Part shown: positions 49,101 to 60,900 of the stretch, piece after piece | Layout of the letters: each line of letters starts with the position of its first letter | How positions within the stretch are numbered: the first letter of the stretch is position 1 | Assembly: GCA_951406725.2 (NCBI GenBank) | Contig: OX597835.1 | Coordinates: 992,001 to 1,056,000 of the forward strand | Length of the DNA stretch: 64,000 bases | DNA from: Octopus vulgaris | Taxonomy: Eukaryota | Direction of reading: 5' to 3' | The notes under the pieces: model-generated | Seen by the model: only the letters and a program-made list of their open reading frames with translations | Database searches by the model: none | What the model was told of the DNA's origin: nothing | Made by a program: the position numbers and the translations under genes

Positions 49101-52100
49101 TTTTACAAATGACCATCCAATCTATTGGGTTGTCTGGAAAGTTCGTGCCGAAAAGGAAAGAAGAAGGTCTATAAACTTGCCATTACATTTTTAATCAACC
49201 AAATATGAACCATTTTGTTGCACAATGCATCTCCATCTTTCCTTTAACTTGAAAATACCCTCTTCCCAGACCTCAGGTGCCTGGGAGGGTAAGTCGAAAG
49301 GTAAGCTACTATAAATCGGCACAAACTTTCTGGACAACCCAATATATATTCATCAGACAAGGTATTTAAGACTACATCACCCAATGTGGTGAGCTCTCAT
49401 TACACAGTAGTATGCTATGATTTTAGAAAGATTTGCCTGCTATTTCTAGCAAGTATAAGAAACACAGCATAAAGATCCATTCAGTTGCTCTAAGAGTCAA
49501 TGTCTAAAATTGGTAACATTAGAAATAGAAAGAAATTTATTGTCTGTATTAAGTTAAGCTGTTCATAACGAAAGTCAGTGTGTTTCATTTAGAATGTTTT
49601 AACAATCAAATAATTAAATGTAAGCAAGGACGATTGTGTAGACTAAAAGTAGAAACACCTTTGCTGAGATAATTGTTTCAGAGATGAAATTTTCTCATTG
49701 TCCATAACGAGAATTTATTTTCCAAAATAAATTATCGCAGCAGAGAGGAACGAGTTAAATATAAATGTACATAGCTTTATCTTTCATTTAATTTTTAGTA
49801 AATTAACTTATTCATTATTAAACAGCTGTTTGGGACATAACTTTAACAGAAGTTAAATCTCTGGCAAACAAGTTTAATTTTGAATATAAATACTTGAAAT
49901 AGAAATTAATGTGAATTTTGTATCTAGGAACCAAAGATGGTCTCAGCAGTCAAAAATAAAAACCAAAAAAGTAGAACTATACTTTCAGTGCATAGTGTCA
50001 CCTTTAGTGTCACCTTCAGTGTCACCTTTAGTGTCACCTTCAGTGGATATAAGAGCAACACAATAAACCCACCTGAGAATAAGAAGAGGGTGTTCAGCAG
50101 CTAGTTTCCTGCTAGCATTGTTAGCATCGTACATTCTGTTTTCAGCTGCTTTACCTGGTAAAGCATTTCCAAGGGCCGAGAGCAGGCGATGAGAGATGTG
50201 GTCCAGCTGGGGAGAGAGAGAAGAAAATAACAACAAAAATAATAGTAATAATGGTTTCTGACAAAAGCAGAAGGCCTGAAATTTGGAGGCGGGGGGAATT
50301 GTGAATATTGTTGACCCCAGTAGTTGACTGGTACTTCATTTCATCAATCCTGAAGGATGAAACTTGACCGTGGCAGAATTTGAATTCAAAAGAAAAGGGC
50401 CATAGAACAGATTCTGTGAAGCATTTTGCCTGATGCCGCAAAAATTCTGACAATCCATTACTACTACTAGCCACTGGCATGGGAACCAGTCAGGAGTACT
50501 GGCATCGGTCACGTTTGGATGGTGCTTTTTATGTGCCACCGGCACGGGAACCAGTCAGGGAGCACTGGCCACACATACGATTTTGGTTTTACTTGACTAA
50601 ACAGGTCTTCTCAAGCATATCATATCACCCAATGCATCAAGGGTACTCTTAAATGGGCTGGACATGCAACACTCCTCGCATCAGTTTCCAGGTCTTCCCA
50701 ATCACAGCATAACTCCAAAGGTCTCGGTCTCCTGTCATTGCCTCTGTGAAGCCCAGTGTTTGAAGGTCATGCTTCACCACCTCATCCCATGTCTTCCACA
50801 GGGTGTGGCACTTTCTCACACAGCTGTCCTCACCCATATGCAACACATGACTATACCGGCACAGTCGTCTCTCTTGCACACCACATCTGATGTTTCTTCT
50901 GTCCAACATTTCTCTCAGGGCGCTTACATTCTGTCATGTTTGCACACTGACATTACACATCCAGCGGATCATACTAGCTTCATTTCTTTCAAGCCTACAC
51001 ATGTCCTCAGCAGTCATGGTCCATGTTTCATTGCCATGTAGAGTGGTGGTGAGCTCATCATTTTATTGAAACTTGAGCAAATTTCAACTTGGGTGCTCCC
51101 AAGCCATCAGCCCTTTATCCAGACTGCTTCTTTTTATTTTTTTTTTGTTTTACATAACATTAATATACACTAGAGTCTAGGTATTTTGGAGGAGAGTGTG
51201 ATAGGTCAGACAAGCCTGTCCAGGAACTGGCAAAGCCTGTTGCTGGAAGTTTCAAGCTAGAGTCTCACACGTGGATGGCAGAGCGGATGATGGCTGTGTC
51301 TTTGTAGAATCTGAAGGCACCTGCAAGATCGGTGTCCTTTTTTGTGTGGCAAGCAATCCACAACTCTGCTGATATTGGAGGTGGAGTGAGAAAAGGAACC
51401 CTAAAAAAACGTGTTGTCTTCAATAAGCTTGGCATTACCTGTAGATGTCTAGCCACCAAGTTTATTGCAGTCGGTAAAGATAAGAAGAAGAATAAAGGAA
51501 ACCTAAATCTTTGGTTCTTAGAATGTAAGAACTTTACAAGACAGCAAAGAAAAACAACATCAATCGTAAAGGTAATCAGTTCAAATAATATTGATATTGC
51601 TACTCTAAGAGATTCTACGCTTGCAGATTGTGGTGAGTCAGAAGTTGGGAAACGGTTATAGTATTTTAGAGGGTGAAAAACTGGCAGAAGAGCAAAGAAG
51701 TTATGGTGTTGGATTTGCTATTAAATCGACTTCAGACACTCATTGGTAATTCCTTGTTTATGCACATTACCAGTGCATATGCAGCTACTTTGCAGCATCT
51801 GAGCAAGGACGTAACATTTTCTACTCTAATAAAGTTGACCATAGCAGGATTTGAACTTGGAACATAAAAGGAATTATGAAATGATGACTGCTGGTTTGCC
51901 AGCTATTCCCACAACTCCATGTCAGAATTGTTGTTGATATGACTGTGACATGCCGTGAATTTTTAGGTTACATCTTCCCAAAATATCATCTTATAAAAAA
52001 AGCTTACTTGTAATCAGATACTTAAAACTAAAATACACATGTATAAAAAAGAATATAAAAAAATAAATAAAGTTTTCAACATCAGACTAAAAAGTTTGAT

Positions 52101-54846
52101 GATGCTAACGAGAAGCAGCAGCAGCAGCAACGATGAAGAGGATGATCAGACTTAATGACAAACACATCTTTCATCTCTGCCACCTGCTGTTCTGCGTCTT
52201 GGACTCAGAATGTCCACTCCTATCTTACTGTCTTATTTTGGTCACAACAAGTAGACTTCTTTTCCAATGTTCTGCTGACACAGAGCTGTGAGAGTGATTG
52301 GCAAACCAAGACAGCTTCTTAAATGTACAGGTAATTATATATAAAGAATAAAAGTGAAAAAAAGAAAAAGAACCAAGTAACTTACCTGACTGGCACATTT
52401 TTGTGTGGTTTGTACATCTCCTAACAGTAAACTGGTGTCTTGTAACCAACTGAGAAGGTAAGGATACTGTAGGTAGAGCTCCAGCAGAGTATGTTGGTAG
52501 AGATTTGAGAGTGAACTGGAAATACAGAGGCAGAAGAAACAGATACATAGAGAGGAAGGGAGATTAGACAAGTCATCATCGTTTAACGTCTGCTTTCCAT
52601 GCTGGCATGGGTTGGAGAGTTTGACTGAGGACTGGTGAGCCAGAGGATGCACCAGGCTCCAATCTTGATCTGGCAGAGTATCTACAGCTGGATGCCCTTC
52701 CTAATGCCAACCAATCCGAGAGTGTAGTGGGTGCTTTTTACATGTCACTGGTATGAGGGCCAGTCAGGTGGTTCTGGCAACGACCACTCTCAAAAGGTGT
52801 TTTTTACATGCTACCTGCACGGGAGCCAGTCTGGTGGCACTGGCAACAGACCATACTCGAATGGTGCTTTTTACATGCTACCTGCACGGGAGCCAGTCTG
52901 GTGGCATGCTGGCAATGATCACGCTCGAATGGTGCTTTTCATGTGTTAACAGCATGGGAGCCAGTCCATGGCCCTGGCAACGATCACGCTCGGATGTGCT
53001 TTTCACGTGTCACTGGCACAATCAGGAGGCACTGTCATCAGCCACGTCAACGATTTTGATTTATAGAAATAATTAACACTAATCAACCAAGAAAGAAAGA
53101 AATAACCAGGAGGAGGAGAGAGAGGAGGATTGGCTCACCTGGAACTGAGAGCATATTTTTCCGTGTGTCTCACCAAACCCTTCAACTTAGTATCACTGTT
53201 GCTAAGACAATTCTTCACTAACTCAATACGACAATTGATCACAGAGGCAGAGTCATTGGAGACTTTCTGGTCAGAGATGTCTTCTCCTTCTTCCGTTTCC
53301 TGCAGACAAGATTCACTCGCCTCCTGTACAACATAGTCCACAACTGTACAGATTTGCTCAAGTCTCAACCCAAGAACATCATCTGAAGTGAAACTCTGAA
53401 GAAAAAGAAAACAAAAATGAAAAATAAAAAATTTTCAATTCATGGAACAACAATTACTTAAAAGGAAACAACGTTTGATGCATCTCACGGATTTTTGTCA
53501 GTGGAGAGGTCATTGTAGTCTCAAAGCAACAAAGATATTTCGACAAATTAAATTTAAATGTTGAAGAGAATCTAACGGCTTTTGTGTGTTTCTTAAATGG
53601 CTTATAAACACCTTCCACACTGCAATTGTTTTCATTCCAGCACACAATCTCAGATCAGGTCACTTGCTATGCAAGTACATCTCTGTAAATGTTTGAAAGT
53701 TATATCAAATTATCAGAAAAGAAAGAAAACTAAAAAGCTCCAGCTTCCAAGGTGGAGGGAGTATTTGAGAAGGGATAAAAGAAGATAGTGATGATAAACT
53801 CTCAAGGTACAAAAAGGTGAGCATAAGAGAGGATACAGAGAGTGGGTCATGAGAGGAGTGGTGGGAATAGATACTTTGTTAAAAGTATCAGGGAGAGCAA
53901 GAGACGGAAAGTGATGAAGGTAGATGTGAATGTAGCAAGTGATGAACAAGGGTGGAGGCAGGGTGGATGGAAACGGCTCAGGAGAAATAGGTGAGAAGGC
54001 AAGTGGGTGATATGGAAGGGGTGTAAGAGTAGCGAGAAAAGAAATGCGGAGTACATAAGGGTGGCAATAGAAAATGGTGCACACTGGTGGATATGAGAGG
54101 GTGCATGTGAGGTATAAAAATGGAGTATGATAGAGGAGAGATACCTGAATGCAGAGAAAGGTGACCAGTGAAAATAGTGTGGGTGAGGAAGGGAGGATGA
54201 TGGGAATAAGAAATGGGAGTGGTTTCAGGGGGTGAGGAGCTAACTGGTAGTGAAAAGAAAAAAAGGGAGGAGTAATATGTGCCAGTATTTCCCTCAAGTG
54301 ACGAGTCACTAAAAAGTGCCATGGACAGAGGAGTGATGGAGGGCTGGGTGTTAGAGGAATGCTTGATGGGGCAGAATAAATTGCAAGTGTAACCAGAATG
54401 CTTTTAGGGCATCATTTAAGCTGTGGTGGGCAGGTCTTCTCAAGCAAACAGCCAATCCTCTCAGTCATTTGTTGTCTTCTCCGTGGGCTGAGTATCTCTA
54501 CTTCTCTGACGTCTTCCTGGCCCTCCCCATTCCACAAGTTCCTTCCACTTTGAGCAACCAGCACTTCTTTACACAATTGTCCTCATCCATACGCATCACA
54601 TACTTCCATAGACAGGAGTGAAGTTAACTTAGTTGATTCAGTTGAATATTCCAGTCAACACTCAACAAAAGAGAATAAAAAAGGGGTGTAAAATGTACCA
54701 ACCTTTTGACCTTTTCTTTCTTGTCCTTGCCACAACTTTGGAATGTGAATACAGGCCCAAAGGAAGTCGAGCACAGAGGTCGGGTCGTGCCTGCAACAGA
54801 AAACAGTAAAGAAAACATACACTAAATATGTGTGTGTGTATAGATA

Positions 54847-54910
<64 letters not shown>

Positions 54911-57900
54911 GTGTATCTTTTATCTTTCTTTTACCTGTTTCAGTCACTAGACTGTGGCCATGCTGGGGCACCACCTTGAATTTTTAGTTGAATGAGTCGA
55001 CCCCGGTACTTATTTCTCAAGCCTGGTACTTATTCTATTGGTCTCTTTTGCTGAAACGCTAAGTTACGGGGACTTAAACACACCAACACAGACACACACA
55101 TATAGATACATATATACGATGGGCTTTTTTCGGTTTCCGTCTACCAAATCTACTGACAAAACTTTGGTCAGCCTGGGGCCGCTTGGTAGAAGACACTTGC
55201 GCAATGCGCCATGCAATGGGAAAGAGATATGAGAGGTGACACAGGAAGGGGAGATGTTATCCAGCACCTGAACAAAAATGCTCCCAGGATCGTTTGGTAA
55301 CAGGTGTCATAATAGTTGTTCTTGCTTTTAACCTACCATCATTCATACCTGTTAGAACTGTTCAGGTTGTTGTTTCTCCTGGTGGGGTAGGAGTAAGGGA
55401 GCAATTGTACCCGAAAGTGTTTGGGGTGTTGTAAATAGAAGCATTACTGATACTGCAGCTATAAATGGAAGAGAGAGAGGCGGGGGGGGGGTAAGTGGGT
55501 TGCTTTGTGGTTTAGTTAGTCCAGAGAGTGGGGAGAGAAATGAAAGGGCGGCGAGATAAAGGGTTTAACAACATCCCGGGAGTTCAACTCCTTGCTCAAT
55601 TTTTCCTGTTTTCTACTAAATACGACTTACTATCCCGGATTTAAATGCTGGGACACTTAAGCAACATTTAGCTCCCTTGTAATTATTCCCCTGGATTTTT
55701 CCTTTAAATTGTAAACTCTACATATTTATATATAATATGCTTCAATCAACATACACTCTCTCACTCATTACATCTATAGAAGTAGAGGTATAAAAAGAAT
55801 GACAGACTTATGCTGAGACAGCAACACTAAGAGAGGCAACAATTAAGAGGCAGTCGGTTATCAAATAAGAAGATCACAGAAAAAGAATATAAAAGGTGAA
55901 AAAAAAAAACCCCACAAAATAGGGAAACCAGGTGACTTACTTGATGTGTTCGTCAGTCTGCAACAGGTAACTGATACACCTGTGTAAGGTACCCCAGTGG
56001 CTTTGGTGAGTAAGCAGGGCCAAGAGGTATGCCTGCTGTTGGCGTGGACGACCCTTAAAGGATTCCTTCACCATGCTGTTGCTTAAGTGACCGTCAGAGT
56101 AGTTGCTAGGCACAGAGTTCATGTCATTGGTGGTAGACGGCAGCATCTTAGACGATGATGATGATGATTCGGATTGTTGTTGTTGTTGTTGTTGTTTTGT
56201 AAATAGCAGCAACATCTGCAGATCTGGAGCATTGTGGATTACTTCAGGATCAATGAGTTCCAACCAGTCAACAAACAGCCAAGCAGCTGACGATGGCACT
56301 GCCAATCTGGAGATATATTTAAAGAGAGTGTGTGACTAAAAGTTGTCCCTGCAAATCTGGAGATCCCTTTAACGACACCACAAATAACGATCCCGACAAA
56401 AGTTAGCTTCCCATTCAGAAAATATAGTCTAACTTACCCCAACTGATTGTCTTTCAACATTCTGCAGGCAACTTTGGTTATGGAACACATCTTCTGAGTT
56501 TTTATTTGATTCTTCATGCAACATTCAACCACAGACTCAAACAATGGATCTTTCTCTAAACCAAGTTTTTTGAAATCTAGTCAAAAGAAAGCAAGTCAAA
56601 ATATACATCGAAATCAACCCCATTCTGAAACAGAAGATTACTTTTTGTATAAGAGGAATATTCTCAAGTAAACTGATCCAAATATATTGAGACCCTTTCC
56701 TTTATAGTAAGACACCTACCTCTATTCCTCTATTATACTTTAACCCCTCAACTGGCACAAGCCACTTCCCTCAGCATCACACTCTCTCCCAGCTAAGGTG
56801 TGCAAGTTACTTGGTGACCCTGTCGGTGCTGGTGCCACATAAAAAGCACCCAGTACGCTCTGTAAAGTGGTTGGCATGTTAGGAAAGGCATCCAGCCATA
56901 GAAACAACAAGCAGACAACACAGCCTGGTGCAGTTCTCTGGAGTCAAACCATCCAGCCGATGTCAGCATGGAAGAAGGATATTAAATGATGATCACGATG
57001 AGGAGGAAGAGGATAAGCAATCATCCAATCACCAGTTTGCTAAGACTATTTAAATGTTTTCCTTTTTTCTTCTCATTATCAAAATACTCACCTGATACAG
57101 TTTTATCTTCTTCAAGTTCTTTGTTAGAATTGAAGATTTTTGAAGCTACGGTTTGTATTTCTGATGCTCCTGCTTGTTGCTTGGAGGAATGGTGACAGTA
57201 AGATACCATATACTGATTAACCACAGCTGCCACTGGAGATCTGTGACCTTTACACAAAGACCAGAGTTGTTCCATCATTTGTCTTAACGAATCCTGTAGT
57301 TGTCGCTGTAAAGTAAGAAATACAGAAATTAATAAACGGATAAAAAAATTTGTTTCTGTTTCGGGTGCAAATGTAAAGCTAGTTTCTTACAAACAAGAAA
57401 CTAACATTTGGTACATAAAGTAAAAAAAACAAAAAAAAAAACCGCATTTAAAAATGTATTTAAAAAAAAAAACTCAGTACAGAGAAATACATTTATTAAT
57501 AGTTGTTACTGTTTAGCCCAAGAGAAATCTTGATACAGCCCTAGTGTCACCCGGGTTAACACCACTTACCTCTTGGGTACCTTTAACATAATCCACTCTG
57601 TGGCAAACATTCAAGCCCAGTGGAGGAAGGATAATTTCCTCCCCTCCACCCACTAGTTTTGAAGATGCAGAAAAAAGGTCAAACGATGTACTTTATCTAA
57701 ACTATCAAAATATCTTTATCCATATATATATATATATAAAGCTGAAGTTGTCTGTGTGTGGCAGGTTTGGTAGCCTTCAATTAACACTATCTCCTCCAAG
57801 ACCCTGCGGCGCAAGCTGACCAAAATTGAGAGTATGTTAGAAGAAGGCTTGCTCTTCATTCCATAGAAGATAAAATTCAAATCGGACCATGTTAACACCA

Positions 57901-60900
57901 AAAATTATTTACATCAAAAAGGTGCTTTTTGTTTATGAAGACCCCTATTTTTTACAATTTTTTGACTGCTGTGTCGCCCTTTTTTGGTGTATTTCAACCA
58001 GAAAAATGTTTGCTTAAAGAGAATAACAAACTACATAATGCAAAAGTTTTACTTTTCAAAAATTCCAATTCTAAAGGGTTGAAACAGACCCGAGCAACGC
58101 CAGGCGATACTGCTAGTTTAAATACATTTTCTCACAGACCAAAAGTTTTTGAAAGGTTTGTCTTTCTTGGCTTTGTCTTTCAACTAAAACATATATGTAT
58201 GAATAATTATGTGTAATTTTTTTTACAGGTGTGGCTATGGTAATAAGCTGGATCCTGTGCAGGTGGCACATAAAAAGCACTGTTTGAGCGTGGCCGTTGC
58301 CAGTACTGCCTGACTGACCCTCATGCCCGTGGCACGTATAAGCACCCACTACACTCTCGGAGTGGCTGGTGTTAGGAAGGGCATCCAGCTGTAGAAACTC
58401 TGCCAGATCAGATTGGAGCCTGGTGCAGCCATCTGGTTCACCAGTCCTCAGGTAAATCGTCCAACCCATGCTAGCATGCAAAGCGGATGTTAAAACGATG
58501 ATGATGATGATACCAATAGTTCTTCACTTCAAACAATTGTCCAGAATGCTTCTTGAATTTACAGTAATGAGTATATTAAATTAAACAACCTCAACAACCT
58601 AATGATAAAAATTAACGAGATCACTTGATTCCTCACCTGTTTTGCAATGAGCAGCTTCAGTAAAGGGCCGGCCTTGTTTGCTGATTTCAACATCTGTTCA
58701 ACAAATACTTCTTGCTGAGGAGAGTTCAATATCTGAAAAGAAAAAAGAAAAAAGGAAGGAATTTGCAACTGAATGTTTCACTGGCTTTATTCTTTCAATA
58801 CAAACCTGCCAAAGACCATCTGTAAGTTCCTACTTATCAAAGCACCCACAACTGCTGATATATAAAAATCTTGCGATTAATATAAAGCTATAATGTAAGA
58901 TCTCAGTCAATAAACATATATTGTGTTTCAAACATGAATGCGAGCAATAATTTTTTTTTTTTTAAATTATCTATTTTGCTGCTAAACCTATGCAAATTTT
59001 TGATTATTTTGAGCTGTGAATTTGGGTTTGAGATGAAAGGTCATGAAAGTGTCAAAAGGAACACGTGCACACACACACACACACACACACACACGGTACC
59101 TTGAGTGAGCATCTTCTACAACAGCCTTGTGAGTGGATTTGGTAGAAAACTGAACGCCCATGTATATATTTGTGCATTGTGAAATGAAATTCTTTTGTGG
59201 CATAAACTGCGATGCCACTAACCTGCCAAGTATGATAAACAATAGAATTGGATGGCAACAGAGAATCGCGGGAATCCATGCAAACCACATGAATGAATTA
59301 TGATGAAGATGATAACCAAAATTTGAAACCATTGTTGTTATTCTCCGCTGAAGACTGTATATTGCTCAAAAGCAAATACCATCATGAGTGTTATCCAGGC
59401 TCCAGTGGAAAAGTGAACCACTGAATTTGGTTAAAAAGAGACGATGAGCAACAACTAGAAGAATATTGAGTGAAACCAAGAAACCAGATGATCTCACAAA
59501 TAATTTCACATTGCGTTTGTTGAATATTTTATGGTATCTATGTGTACGTAAAAAGAACTTATTGAGGGCCCTAAAGAAGATGTCAGGTATTATCTGTAGC
59601 AATGTTCAGTGCAAGGGAGTGGGGCTAAACCAGAATTTCAGTTTTACTTATGTGTGTTTTCTTTATATGTACAATCATACATAAAAGAATAGCCAAACAT
59701 TAATTGAAAACTGAATAGATTTGGGTGAAACATTTTTACAAAGGAAAAATGTTGACAGTGACTTCAAAGTTTGGCCATGGACTAGTTTCTGATAACAGTA
59801 GAAGCAACTATCAAATAAAAAAAACTCAAGGTGCAAACTCTTAAGATCCTGTTGAAAATTGTCATATTTATAATGGTTTTGTTACAGAAGTGAATGACAG
59901 ACGAAGGAATTAGAGTTTTTTTCCCTTTATCTTAAGAAGTTCTTCACTTCCTCCAAAAGCAATGTAAACAATTTATGTAACAACATGTTTCATGAACAGA
60001 TGAGCAATGTAGACCCAGATGACATTGTATCATATAGAAAGTTAGGAGTTAATCACCGGCTGAATGTTTCAATTTTGTCAGATTTGCTCAGACATGATCG
60101 GTAAACACAAACCATTCTGTAGGCTATCATCAATCATTATAAAAAAATATATTTTCTTTATCTCCACACACACACACACACAAACATGTATATACACATC
60201 TATATACATACATACATACAACACACACACACACACATGTAGCAATGTAATGCAACAGAACGCTGTCTACAGTATACAATTCCCATATAATTCTATGAGC
60301 ATTGACCAAACTCTGTAGGAGTCTGTTTCTGAACTACTACAGAAAATGCTGTTTGGAATCTTTATTTGGCCAGAAAGTACCAGTAATTTTAAGAACTCAC
60401 TACTTACCAAGCTAAGGGCCTTTGTGATATTTAATGCCACTTCATTGCTGGATGTCAAACTCTGAAGAGAAATGGAGAATGAGAAGAATGTGACAAAATG
60501 TTACACATTGAGAAACTTGCAGAAATACCACAATTTTTTCAAAGATGAAGAAAATATTTAGAAAACATAAAAAGATCCAAACAAAAACAGGAAATAATGA
60601 CAAAAGGTCAGTTTTAGAGTTTTAATGTGAATTCAAGTAAAAATAATGATGATATTTCTTCCAAATATTGGCACAGGGCTAGTAATTCTAGGAGGGGACA
60701 ATTAAATACATGCCCAATAAACAAACACAAATTTATATGCAAATGTGAGCCAGCATGGAAAGCGGACATTAAATGATGATGAAGATGATGTGTACATGAA
60801 TGGTCTTATGTGCCCATGAGGTTAGATATGTGTATCTGTATGGATGCACATATAGAACTATAAATGTATGCACGTACTCAGACATGTAAGTTTTTACAAT

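Noticed and set aside
49995-50045. 12-bp tandem repeat giving TEGDTKGD in the ORF track
   Set aside because: Lies past the exon donor at 50072; an intronic minisatellite.
52730-53040. Spaced repeats that resemble a CRISPR array (also 21540-21820, 31280-31530)
   Set aside because: Eukaryotic context, spacers related to each other and no cas genes; these are tandem units in an RTE retroposon 3' region.
53713-54322. 198-aa and 114-aa ORFs on the - strand
   Set aside because: Biased-composition intronic repeat with no recognisable domain; the INTS1 exons join without it.
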